Below are positions 48,561 through 61,500 of a stretch of 64,000 nucleotides of DNA, piece after piece. The notes under the pieces were generated by a model. The model had not been told where the DNA came from, did not search any database, and saw only the letters and a program-made list of their open reading frames with translations. Each line of letters starts with the position of its first letter. Position 1 is the first letter of the stretch. The DNA is from Pavona decussata. Lineage: Eukaryota. The stretch spans positions 5,208,001-5,272,000 of the forward strand of contig CDRNST010000049.1 in assembly GCA_977016875.1 (NCBI GenBank), given 5' to 3'. The translations under genes were made by a program, and so were the position numbers.

Positions 48561-50718
48561 GGATAAAACTACACATGACCCTTTCTTATCAATTTTTTTC
48601 AAAATTATTCCAGCAACTTCTTGGAAGATTTGGTCCTTTACTTAAGCTATCAAGGAGGGGACCAGAAAAATCATGAAAACTGAAAGTTAAAAATTAGGCT
48701 CAAAATCCTGTGAGAAGAAAGTGACAGCAGCAACAATTAAATGCACATTTAATTTTGATGTTACTTTGCAATAAAACTACAACAATGGAATAGGTATTCA
48801 TTCTCTCCTATATTGCATGGGTAACAATTAGTGATAGTGGCTATTGTCACAGAGGGTACCTTTTGTTCAGTAGACAACAGTCACCACTTGCCACCCTGCT
48901 ATCCCTTGGGTAGCCAAGTGTTTACAGTGGATTTCAACTCACTTGGCCATGCGGATTCGGAAACATCTTAGGAACTGGGGAACTATGTTCCAGAATTTGC
49001 GGTTTCATTGTTATTGGAACCAATCAAATTGGAAACTTTGAAATGAATATCACGAGTTTGATCTCGAAGTTTGATTCGAAATTTACAAACTTCGCTTCCA
49101 AGTTTGAAGTCTATCAGGACGAAGTGGCTAGCCAATTACTGTAAGAATTTTTTGTACTATGGCTCAGCACATGGGCATTTTGTCTGTGCATGTGCGTAAA
49201 GAATAAGAATATGAGTGTTCGGCGCCAGTTGTTATTTTGAGCGCGGTTCCACTGGTTTTCAAGTGAGCGATCTACGCTTTCAGAAAGATTTTTTCAGGAG
49301 AGATGAAAACATGTAACAAGTTTACATACATCTCTAATACTATGAGTACTCGTGGTGTTTGCTGAGACTCCGGATGAGGATATTTGAATGTTCAAAGTGG
49401 GAACAGAACGAGAAAAAAGCCCGAAGAAGAGGAGTTTGACATTTGATTTACCGAAGTTCAAGATGTTCACATCAGACGACAAACCTTGAAGGTTGGTCTT
49501 AAGATGCTGAAGCTTTATTTTTATGGATCACTTTTTGGTCCTTTCCTTGTATTGCTAATGTCTTGTTTATACTTCTTCAGAATGTTACAATTCATGTTTG
49601 CTCTTGCAACAACTTCATACACTGCAGTACGTAATATGGAAATGCAATATTATTTTCTTTTATAAGATTATGTTTACAAATTGTGAACTGAAAATTGAAG
49701 ACCATCCTTTGACCTGGAGACAGTCTCGATATGTTTCCATACACTGAAAGATGCAGTTGCAAAAAGTGACTGCAACATTACAGAAAAACACACAGTGGTG
49801 TGATCAGGTCACTCTAATTAGGATAAAACCTACTTGCTCTTTCACAGGTAAAAGATACAAAATTGAGATGTCAATTGGACAAATGACTGCATTTCAAATT
49901 TTCAATGAAAGAGCGAGAAAGGTAATTCAGCTATATAACCTTAAATGTTACCCATGACAAAAAGTGTTGAATACTTCTGGGATAATTAACTTAGTACTCG
50001 CTGACACGTAAAAGAAGCAAGTGTATACAGGGGTTTCGATAAAATTCAAAACTGTGACATGTGAAACCAACCACTGGGAAATTTTTTGAGCAGTTATGTG
50101 AAAACGAAGAGAATAGTGGGGCGGGCGGTGGGGTTTACATTATTGTACTTCACTTAAAAGAGAGGTCATAATCCTGCCATTTCTGGTTCTAATGAATCCT
50201 TTTTTTAATATTACTACCATATTACTTTGTAATTCCCCAACTACGCCCCCCTGACACAAATGAAACACAATTCGCTTTTTGGCAAGGAGAGAAGTTTGTT
50301 AAGGATACGAACAAAAGTAGACAACAGCCAACGATATGCCTAATAAACCTCTCTGCCACCCTATGACATAAAATAAAAATCACCCAGGGTGGGTGGGTGG
50401 GAAGAAGAAACGAAACAGTACGATACACTGGTATACGCTAGAAGTAAAAACTGACTTGAAATGAAACACGACACTCCTATCACCTGATACTAAAGGGTGT
50501 GTGTTGCGCAATTAATCCCTTTGAACACGTCCTTGTCCAAAGGGGGTAAATTCCCCAACTACGCCCCCTGACACAAATGAAACACAATTCACTTTTTGGC
50601 AAGGAGAGAAGTTTATTAAGGATATGAACAAAAGTAAACAACAGCCAACAGCCAATATGCCTAATAAACTTCTCTGCCACCAAACGGAACACCCAAAAAG
50701 GAACTGTGCTCTGAACCA

Positions 50719-51728
50719 CTACGAAGTACTAGAAAGAACAGCAAACCGAAGTTGCTGAGCGAAGGCGAGCTTAGATTCGACACTAAATTCTAAATAAGCC
50801 TTATATGCATCGCTAGCCCAGTCTCCGTATATCTGTATGAGTTCACCTGGCACACCGTGATTAAAGGCCCAAGAGGCCGCACCTCGAAGGAAAGAATGAC
50901 CTCGATAGGACGAAGCGTTAGGAAGACCTGCGGCAGAAATGGCCCGACGGAAGGCGCGATAAAACGATCCTGAGTGAGAATAGTAGGACCGTAAGGGCTA
51001 GGCAAAACGAATAAGGCACACCGAGAACTGGCGGGAAAGAGACAAACCATACGTTGATACACAGAGACTGGACATAGGGGAGAACTGGGCAGTCGTAACA
51101 AAGGAATATGCAATTTGTGCTCCCCGAACTGAATAGTCTTGGTACACTTAAAAGTGACAATGAGCCCATGTTGATTGATTGCAACATTGCTCCGAGTAAG
51201 ATTACGTAAAGGATCAAAGCACTTATGTGAACGAGGTACTATATTTGCTAACCACGCCATTAAAAAGAAAGTAAATAAATAGGCACAAAACAGCATGCAA
51301 GAAATGGGATCGTTCTCAAAATCTAAAACCCGAGAAATCTTACACAAAATATCAGGAGTAAATGGGGGAGCTCTGCATGGGGTGTGGAGCGCATTGCGAG
51401 CAATGCCACGCAACGTCAATGAGAGTAGAAAATCCTTAGTGAAGGGAAAATCTAGCCCTGAAAACAAATGTAACAGCTTAACTCCTGACAAATAGTTACG
51501 AATAGCGGGAGGACTAAGAGTACGACTAAGAAATTGCACATACTGACAAATAGTATCTAACGCAGCTGGCGTCGGGTTAAATCGGAAATATGTACAAAAT
51601 AACAAAAAGGCTTTAAATTGAGTCCTTAAATTACTCAAGGTTCCAGCACTATAGGCAGAACGAAGCGTGGACTTCCAATCCTTTCTCAATGCAGACAATG
51701 CTAAGAAATATACAATAAAAACAAACAA
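50719..51728 (-). pseudogene. Tyrosine recombinase of the Ngaro element
   Basis: IRNYLSGV, KTIQF, LCPV, then after a frameshift GHSFLRGAASWA...GDWASDAY. The catalytic Arg position reads W. Confidence 0.88.
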
Positions 51729-51737
51729 AACGGTCCA

Positions 51738-53708
51738 TTAGAAAGGACTGTCCAAATGGAAGAAAGCAATTGGCACAGAAACTGCAATAAGTTGATCATG
51801 GTGAACACGGGAGAGGAATTGTTCTTTGGCATGCAAGGGCACATTCCAGCGCAAAAGCACGTCAGCGTCACTGTTCAAAACACCAGGAAGATGAACTGCT
51901 GGAATCTCAAACTCGTACGTGGCCGCTAAGAAAAAGACTTCTCGCAGACAAGAATTGATAAATGCATTGCGACATCGTCCCGAGTTTAACGCAGTGACCG
52001 CGACTTCGTTGTCACACCGAACAGTTCAACGAAGGCCGCGCCAAAGATGGCCCCACAATTTAAGAGCAACAACAATTGTCAAAAGTTTCAAGGAATTAAT
52101 GTCAAGATGCTGAATGGAGATGAACTCTGGAAACTCCGCATGAAAATAAGAACGCGCACAAATGCCTCCACAACCGGTTAAACAAGCGTTGGTGGTAAAC
52201 ACCTCTCCAGGAGACAACCAGGTATGTGCGGTAATCATGGACACACCGTTGTATATGCGCAGAAACCTGCACCACCATTGAATGTCTTTACGAAATTCGG
52301 AATTGAGATTAATATGATGATGATTAAATTTGGCCGACCGTAACAAACGAAGAATCCGCGCAAGGAAGACGCGACTTTGGCGGACACACTTAGAGACAAA
52401 TACCAACTTGCCTACTAGCGACTGGAGAGATGATTTCGTTGTTGTACGTTTATGTAACCATGTGTGCAACGAGCTCTCAATTTCGGCTAATCGATCAGAG
52501 TCAACAGATAAAGTAAAGTCAAGAGTATTGAGTTTTACACCCAAACACGTCATTACTGGAGAAGGAGGACATGATTTATCAATAGATTCTTCTAATCCGA
52601 GATGTTGCAGCAAGACTCCAACCTCATTTAAATGCCATGTTGCCAAAATCGGCTATGAAACACCAATAAAGTCATCGAGATAATTAAATATACGAAGTCC
52701 GCGCCGGTTGAGAATCCAAGTGACTGCGGACGTGGAGCGCTGACATGCCATCGCGGCAGAACGGAGACCCATTGTTAAAACAGTGTCAAAGTAAAATTGG
52801 CTGTTCCAGGTATAACCAAGTAAATGATAATCATGCGGATCGACGGGGAATTGGTGGTACGCTTTCCGGAGATCGTGTTTGTATACCATGCAACCCCGAC
52901 CGAGTGAAACAATCGCTGAGACGATGGCATCAATAGTGGGATAAGTCAGGTCAAGGAGCTCGCCAAGAAAAGAACCAGAAGGAATACCATCATTAACTGA
53001 TGAGCCACAAGGCCAGCTCAAATCCACGATCACTCTTTGTTCCTGAGATTCGCGCTTGGCCACCGTATTGAGAGGAGAAACTACAAAACCGTCAGGGAAA
53101 GGTGGTGCATCGAAAGGTCCTGCAACTCGACCAAGTGAAATCTCGCTACTAAGATAGTCCTGAACTGCGGAAGGAAAATTAAACGCGCCACGGTGAGTAC
53201 GAAGATCAAACAATGGAAGGGTCTGGGAAGTGTAACCCAGGGGCCAGCCAAATTCCAACAAGTTACAAATTATACTGTCCTCATAGTCTTGAAGCAAGGC
53301 ACCCCACACTGGAATATTCAGTCGAGAAGGAACAGGAATACGAAGTCCTGCGCAATTAAATTGTCCAGAAGAAAATACAGCGCAATGAGCGTCGACAAAG
53401 GAAATTGTGGTATGACGTGTTGCATAATCAAAAACTGAATGTCGCGAGTGAGAAAACTGAATAAACTCATTGTCTGGAGGAGAAAAACTAGAACTGGGGC
53501 ACGAAACCGTTGTCAGTCCAGAATCGAAATGTCTCGCAGGAGAAAAGTCTTGCAATAAAAAGTCACGAGTAAATGGTGTAGAACTACAACCAAAATCCAA
53601 AACGTGCACGCCACCAGCTTCGGGTCCATGAAGTCTAGGAGGCGAAAAATAGTCTAGTTTTTTGGCGTCCCCGAGGAATCTTTCGCAGCCAGAGCTGTGA
53701 GAGGACAA
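51738..53708 (-). pseudogene. RT/RNase H of the Ngaro element
   Basis: GRVAGPF, RVIVDLS, DLRKAY, MGLRSA, NYLDDF; RNase H TNAC..G.GG, CDN, N..AD. Confidence 0.9.
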
Positions 53709-54726
53709 TCAGAAGAATTCTCCCGATGCGACTCCTGCTTGCGAAGACGAGTCCAGTATGCCACGCAGATATGTTTCAACCATTTGCGTTCTCCACGGAT
53801 AAAACCGAAGTGGTCCTTGGCGCTAATGCAGTGGTCTCGCTGATAATCTCGACAAAATAAAACTGGCGCTGGAGAAGAGGAAGTCGGTGATTTATCCTGC
53901 AGTGGGTGCCCGTAAAGGGTTTTACTTTCCAAATGAAGATAAGAGTCTCCCCATTGAACAAGTCCACGCTCAATTTCAAGCAATACTCAACCATGAAAAT
54001 TAAGAATGGCTGACCATTCGTATTGTTGTGCGAAATACATTAAGGAGACGAGATGTTTTTCTCTCTCCGTGCGCTCTAAAGGACTAATATCTTTACATAA
54101 CAAAATTTGAGCGTATCCAGCCACGAACTCTGCCAATGTTAACTCCTCGTATTTGACCTTGCGCTGCGATCGTGTGAGACAAAGAAAACTATGAGGCCAT
54201 CTTTGAGGGAACAAAACCTCGCTGGTAGCTTTCGCCTCCTGGCCTGATTTTTAACTTACCAGGACGCGAGAGAGGTGCACCGGTAGCTGCTGATTGCTGA
54301 ATAGGGTCGCTCTCATTCTCAGACTCACTATCATCAGAACCAACGACGCCAGGTTGATCTACTCGTCGATCCACCGCCTGGGCCAAATCGGTCATGGCAC
54401 GCAGTTCTGGCAAGGTAACAAGGGGCCGCTGCTTGTTGTGGTTGTGAAGCCGGAGGACACACTAACACACTCAACTCATTAGTCTCCTGTCGAAGGGATT
54501 TCAATTTGGTGGATAAGAGCTACACCGATTCCATTAAAGATTGCAAGACGTCAGGTTGTGGAGAACCGGTGGCACCAACCTCGTCGGTATGCTCTAGCTC
54601 ATCAACTGCCTCGAGATCCTGTTCCGTAGCGTTATGAACGGGACCTGTACAGTGCTTGCCAGGACGACCAAAATCATGAGCGGACTTTAACGCTTTACAA
54701 CCTGGGCATCTGCTTGGACGACCCAT
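53654..54726 (-). pseudogene. gag-like ORF1 of the Ngaro element
   Basis: MGRPSRCPGC...H...C, YEELTLAEFVAGY, FCRDYQ...C...H...HIC; frameshifted. Confidence 0.75.
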
Positions 54727-54897
54727 TGGAGTGAAACGAAAGAAGAAAGAAGAAACGAAACAGTACGATACACTGGTATACGCTCGAAGTGAAAACTGAC
54801 TTGAAATGAAACACGACACTCCTATCACCTGATACTAAAGGGTGTGTGTTGCGCAATTAATCCCTTTGAACACGTGCTTGTCCAAAGGGGGTAAATT

Positions 54898-57278
54898 GTG
54901 TCTTCCAGTCTCACATAACCATCCTTTCCAGATATGTTACAAAGTAGCTCATATTTCCAGAGGAGCTGGTTGCAATAATGCCTCCCTGCAGACCATGAGT
55001 ATGGCTTTCAAACAGACAAATAGTTGTTTGTTTGAAACATAGCACCATTGACTTGTCTGGTGGCACAATTAATACAGCTGCAAATGATGGGTGCTGATGA
55101 TGGTGTCGTCTAAGGTGGTCTTCTAGGTCTTGAACAGAAAATAAACCCTGGTCTGAAATGATTTCAAGTTTCTGGAGATTTTCATCCATGCTGAAGGACT
55201 TGTCTGACCTCCAAATTTGGTTGCAGAACTGGCAGTTTAAAAGAATTGTATAACTGATTTCCTGTCATCATGACATTAGTTTAAACTGGTATGTGGCAAG
55301 GTTTAGGTTTTGCAACTGTTTAGGAATTTGAAGAGTTCCTTCCAGAAAATTGAGTTCAGTAAGTGCCGCAATTACGGTGCAGACATTACTGCCACTCACT
55401 ACTCCACCTATGGATGACTGACAAATGTATGAGGGCAGTAGCCACTCAGTTACATCAAGATGTTGTGTACTCGTGACAGTTATGCGAAGAGTAGTCTGAG
55501 AATCTGGTCTCAGTGTTAGAGCTGTTTGGTTGTTGCAAGTGCCCTGACTACTCCCAGGCTGGTTTGCTGTGCGCCATGAACATGGACAATTTGAGGACCT
55601 GATGTCAGCACTGACTGTTTCACAGAAATTACATTTTACCCATGCATTGATGTTCCTCTTGTGCCCACGAACAGGATTTTTACATTTTCTGCAGTGAGGA
55701 GGTGCCTTGTTGGGTGAAGGTGCACTTTCATTGTGAATTTGACGTTGGCTCAGCTGGTTGGAAGAAGTGAGTGGTTGGACAGCTGGATTAAGATTAGCAA
55801 GTTCATTGTTTAGCTGTCTGATGACCCTATCAAACTCCTCCCTCTCCATTTCTCCTAAGCTTGAGATTTCAGAAGAATCTTCTTCTTGTGCTGTTGATGT
55901 TTCATCATCGTGACCAATTTGGGCTACAGGTGCATGCATGGTGGATGCAGGATGTAGAATGTTTTTTTCGCTATCTCACCTAGTTCTGTTACTTTTTGTG
56001 TCAGAAAATCCTTACACAGTGGTCATGAAGTTGTTCCATTGAGGTATTCATCGTGGAAAGAGTGAAAGCAACCATGCAAGAGTGTGCAGTTCTCATCCTG
56101 GCTGGAAATGTTACATTGAAGTAAATCACCTTGTTTTGTTTGATCTGGTTTGACGTCACTGTGATATCCAAGAGGTAAGACAGTAGTTTTCATGCTGTTG
56201 TTGGAGGACATTGTTGGCAGTGTAACATGAGTTGGAACACTTGTGTTAACATCTGTTTTTTTGAAGAGAGGAAACTTTCCCCCTGGACCCTGAGAGATTT
56301 TTCTTAACATGGAGGACAGTACTTCAGCACATCCTACTTTTAAAAAGCGAAGTTGGTTGTGTGAGAATGAAAACTGTTTAGGTGTGGTGAAAAATGATCT
56401 GTTGTGGGACTGTTTATCTTTCGACTGGAAAATAGGCTTTGCCTTCTTCCTAAGTTCATCAGCAGTGTCAGAACCTTTTGTCTGCGAACGGAGTATTCCA
56501 TGGGTGTTTTCCAGAGGATATTCATCGAATATAGTAATGCAATTCTTCAGAAGGTTTTACAGTTGTGGAGCATGTTTTCCCCAGTGAGAACACTTATTGA
56601 TCCAAACAAGTGGTGCTTTGTTATAGTGGCGGCGTTGGAGGCAGGTGAACATGATCCAAATTCTGATCATTGCACTGAAGTACTCAGAGAAATTGGGTTT
56701 ATCTGCCAGTTTGCTCCTTGGGAAAATGGTTTCATATACTGTTTTAAAAAAAAAAAGGATGATAGGAATTAACTATATGTTCTCTGCTGTTTAAGGAGAT
56801 ATGACGTGGCCCAATAGTTGGCACTATAGACAGAATAGATGGCTGTGAAGTGTTCTGTGGCAGGTTGTCGTTCAAGAGATTGTCAGTAGCACCAGATGTC
56901 AATGGAAATGAATATGAAGAGTGATCAGTCAAAATATTGTCATGTCCCTGAAGAGTGCCAGGAAATCCAGGATGATAACCAATAAACTTCTTAAGTGATT
57001 CGTAGATGATTTGTCGACAGTAAAATTGGCAAGGCCAATCCCCTGGCTGAAAAACAATAGATGTCTTCATATAGAAAGCCAAACCAGTGCTCATTACTAC
57101 ATCATATGCAGTATCAAAGTCCCCCTTTGACTTCAGTCTCAGCTTTATAAAATCTAACAGGTGTAAATCGTCCATTTTCCGCATTGTTCGCACATTGTCA
57201 CTGTCGCAGTATTGGTGAATGTTGATTCTGTGTCTCTCAAGTTCAGGATTAAAAAATGCTTCTTTAAGCCAGTCAGGC
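54898..57278 (-). pseudogene. Decayed DDE-transposase-like ORF (Academ-related) with RING-like finger and cysteine-protease-like C-terminus
   Basis: QPGDWPCQFY...IGPRHISLNSRE; C...GCFHSFH..(C)L...*PLCK; HCRKC...GH; CQS...GSNVCTVIA...LFESHTHG. The last codons continue left of the Ngaro insertion (~50230). Confidence 0.55.
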
Positions 57279-57820
57279 ACCGACATGCTTCCCCTCTCTG
57301 CCGACAGCGCCGACATGCTTCCCCTCTCTGCCAACAGCGCCGACATGCCTCCCCTCTCTGCCGACAGCGCCGACATGCTTCCCCTCTCTGCCGACAGCAC
57401 CGACATGCTTCCCCTCTCTGCCGACAGCGCCGACATGCTTCCCCTCTCTGCCGAAAGCGCTGACATGCTTCCCCTCTCTGCCGACAGCACCAACATGCTT
57501 CCCCTCTCTGTCAACAGCGCCGACATCCTTCCCCTCTCTGCCGACAGCACCGACATGCTTCCCCTCTCTGTCGACAGCACCGACATGCTTCCCCTCTCTG
57601 CCGTAAGCGCTGACATGCTTCCCCTCTCTGCCGACAGCACCAACATGCTTCCCCTCTCTGTCAACAGCACCGACATGCTTCCCCTCTCTACCGACAGCGC
57701 CGACATGCTTCCCCTCTCTGCTGACAGCGCCGACATGCTTCCCCTCTCTGCCGACAGCACTGACATGCTTCCTCTCTCTGCTGACAGCACTGACATGCTT
57801 CCCCTCTCTGTCGACGACGC
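57279..57820. repeat. 30-bp minisatellite, ~18 copies
   Basis: Unit GCCGACATGCTTCCCCTCTCTGCCGACAGC; minus-strand translation (MSALSAERGS)n. Confidence 0.97.
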
Positions 57821-58580
57821 TCACATGGTTCCCACCTCTTCCGATGTGCTTCCACTCCCTGCCAAAAGGCTTCCACTCTTTCTTCCACATTCATCTCCTG
57901 CATCCTCCTCTGGATATTTATTAACAAGGCAGACATATAATTTGACTTGTCCACAGAGATTTTTCATTTTCCTCAAGTCCCACTTGAAGCCGTCGGCCAC
58001 AAGCGGTGTGGTCACTCTCTTATGTAATACTTTGACAAATTCAATGTCATTTGGACCTATTTCCGGTAGCTGGGTCTTTACCGCTCCCACAATTTTACTA
58101 CGGACCAGTTGTTCGTCGTTGGTTGAAAGAAAATCGACTTCAGCATAGCATATGCCTCTTTTGAAATAACATTCCTATAACGCGAAGCCCCCGCCAATGG
58201 AGGTCTTTTGGGATATGCACCATGTGACGTCGCAGCACTTCGGAATGATGTGGAAACATTCCGTGTGAATGTAGAGCTGTTGCTCTGCAGAATATCCCTT
58301 GCGCGGTTTACCACCTGGCCAACCTGCGAGTTTAGCCGCCTATTGTTTTCTGTGGCAGCTGCGAATGATAAAAACTTGAATTAGATCCTGTTATGTACTC
58401 TGGGTAAGCTTGTCGTCGGATCTTAAGCTCGGTAATATAAACATAAGATTCCAGTCTTAAATTACCTTCCATCCATGGTGTTTCCCTTGCATCGGCAGAA
58501 GGACTACTACTACTACTCGGCTGCAAATACCCTTCAAGGGCTTGTCTTACCTCAGAGCGAATTACGGAGCGGTTCGATTG
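57821..58580 (-). pseudogene. N-terminal exons of a G2E3-like mobile-element gene (ubiquitin-like domain)
   Basis: DIEFVKV...WDLRKMKNLCGQVKLYV; upstream exon IRSEVRQALEGYLQ...WME|gtaatt. Confidence 0.45.
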
Positions 58581-58598
58581 GATTGTTGTTTTTATTTG

Positions 58599-61500
58599 AA
58601 CGTTCGATTATCGAATGATCGGTAATTGAACTCCGACGAACGTTCGATTAACGAACTCCTGTTCGATAGGCGCCTGGTCTGTGGAAATTCAGTCTTAAGG
58701 TCAAATCACTGCTAGCTTTCCCCTTCCTGGCTTACCACAAACATGTCGAAAATGTCAAGATTGCATCGGATTGGTTCGATTTTGTTCGATTGGATCGAAA
58801 ATCGAACTCACAGCAAAATAGACGTTCGATTTTGCTCGATTGCCGAACCCCATCGAACACCAATCGTATGATTGACTTCGATTGGATTTTTGTTCGATTA
58901 AGTACCTTGAGGCCGTTCCGAATTGATTCAGACGCCGTACTACACATGAACTTAACTCGTTGAATTCGATTCGGCTCGGCTGAAGTACAGCGTCTGAACC
59001 GGGCCTAAGTTTACTTAAACGAAATACACAAGGAACAAAAGCAGTAAGTGGATTGCGTGAGTGGATTGCCAAGGTTTTTAAAAATACAACACTTTAATGT
59101 GAGTTACTTAAGTTGCACCATTCTTGTTCTTCGATCAAATCACTGAATTTCGTAAAGGTTTAATACAAGCACTTAAACAGTACTCGCTACTTAATATACA
59201 ATACTTAAAATTAGAAACAGTTCAGTTCAGATTGCAGGAGCTACTAAGTCCTCTGTGCCGGGTTTGCAAAATGGTCTAATCTCTCTGTAGAGATAGTTCT
59301 TTCGCTCTTCAGTGAGACCATCAGGTCTGATTGTGGGCGGAAGATGCGTTGGAGGAAGAATTGTTTCATTCTTCAGCAACATAAACTGTTGTTCCGGGCT
59401 GGTAGCAAATTCTTTACAGAAGACCATTCCTGGCCTGTCCTTTGTAAATCGAAAGTGATGATATTTCTTTATATTCGGGATCTTCTTAAAATAGGGTCCC
59501 AGGAAGGACGCCCAGTCGTACACAGGAACGAGTATTCTTCCGTCGTGTGTTCCCACGAGTTGTACCTTGTTGATGCCAACGCTGCTAGACTTTTCAACCA
59601 TACGCGCGAGTTCATACATGGACGAGACGTAGGTAACTTTGTAGGCTTTCTTGAGAATACCAAAGCAGCGGTCTGGGCCAAATTTCGTGTGGCCAGTAAT
59701 AAGAAGTGAATAAAGGATAGTGTCGTGGAGGTGCATCAAAATTCTCCAAGCCAAGTACCACAGCCAACAAGCCAAGTTTTTATTCTGTCCGGCGCAGTTG
59801 TCGGCGTTAAGGTGTACGTCCGTCTCCCCAAGTCCGTGGTGCTCAAAATAAAAATGAACATAACTAATCGTCGCATTTTCTCCTTTCCCAGCTGATGAAG
59901 CTTCATCAATCAGGAAATTGACCTGTTGCGGGATTGCTTCACACATGATTCCAAAAATACCGCATTTCCGAGGAGTTTTAAAGTAAATGGGGCCCGGTTG
60001 CATGGGGTTGCTTGGATAATGCACTTGCTGTGCATAGTCAAACGAGTAATGCATTGTTGTCTTTAGGGAACAGGCATTTCCATTTGCGTGGTTTAAGGCT
60101 GCAAAACCGCCCAGTGCCTCCAGTGTTTCTTTAGAGTTCGTACAAGAGTTCTTGTATAATTCCCTTTCCGCTTGTGCACAGTTTATGTGATCCTGGTGGG
60201 CCCTGATGCATTCTGCTTTCTCATCCTCTGAAAGATTGGCAGCTCGTTGAAGTTTATTAGTGTTTTGCTGACAAGTCATGCACAAGTCAGTCATTGGTTT
60301 TGAAACCACAACATTAGGGTAAAAATTTCCCCATACTTCAAGGAATTTAGAGTAGCTAACAGCCCGCCTGTTGCTTGCCTGACAAGCGGACTCGTACAGA
60401 CGCCAAGCACCCTTCTTGGTCTCACTTGATGGCAGAACTTTAACATCATCATTCTTGAACCCTGGAATCCTTCCGGGAAGGACAATCGCGTTTTCTTCGA
60501 TGTAGTTTAAAAGAAAGGAATTCACTTCTTCAATTGTTGACTGCGGAAGCGTATTTTCCGGTAGTCGTCTTTTGTTCCCATGTTGCCGTGGTGAAATGCC
60601 ATGTTCCTCGTAGTGCTCTTTAAGTCGACGAAATCGCGAATAGCTTACGCCGTAAAAGCACAAAAACATTTCTTTGCAAATTGGTTTCGACTGGAAATAA
60701 AATGAGCAGCGAGGACTCCTTTTGCAACCAATAGACTCAGTTCGGGTGAATGCCTGGATGCTAGTTAAAATCACCAAGTCGAGCTCAGTACTCGACAGTT
60801 CGAGGCAGTTGTTCAAATTAAACAAAACTGTTTCTTCGGTAAACTGTAGGGAACAAGGGCCGTTCTTTGGACCAAGAGTGCAGCCGCAACCACCACGTAG
60901 AAATCTTTTCACTTTCTCTGATACTTCGTCGCAATCTTCTCTTTCGTTTTCAAACTCAGCCATGGCGTTGTTGTTTTAGTTTTAATCGTTTTGTTTTAGT
61001 TTTGATCGTTTTGAATTTCGCAATGTTTTGTTGCCATGGAAACGTGCCCTTTGACAAAAGGACTGGGACTAAGTCTTTGTTTGCGTTTTGACGGCTTTTT
61101 ATGATCATTCTGCTTAGTCCGCTCAAAAGTTTAACTCAAAGGTGATAAGGTGGTCTGCAAAACCTGGGTTTATTTCGTAATTGAATAAGAACAATCGAAT
61201 CATTTTTAAGGTGTCGAAACACCGAGCGGTCTTGCACACGACCTCTTTAATGCCCACGATCGCTCGAATACTAAGCGATCGTGGTTTGCAGTCTAGCCTG
61301 AGTCTAGCCTGATGCGCGCGATGGGATATAATCATACTTAAGACAGTACTCTTAAGCTAAAGCATTACTTTATGCTTCGTCTCTGTCCTCAACCTGTTCC
61401 TGACAGGATTTTATCAGTCTTGGCTCGCGTAGGAAATTTTTTTTACGTGCTGAACTTTTAGTACAGCAACCGTTATTGCTATTAAAGTTGACTCTAAAGT

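Larger units (their letters stand above)
50231..54897 (-). mobile_element. Ngaro-type tyrosine-recombinase retrotransposon with split direct repeats
   Basis: A1 54893-54747, B1 50681-50549, A2 50548-50401, B2 50359-50231 (A...BAB); gag, RT/RNase H and YR ORFs. Confidence 0.92.

Noticed and set aside
49130-49960. Exon-like plus-strand segments
   Set aside because: No motif, several stops and no consistent gene model.
57279-57820. CRISPR-like array
   Set aside because: Head-to-tail 30-bp units with no unique spacers, no cas genes and a eukaryotic context.
57219-58148. 309-aa plus-strand ORF and other-frame ORFs over the minisatellite
   Set aside because: Open only because the repeat unit lacks stops; the recognisable motifs are on the minus strand.
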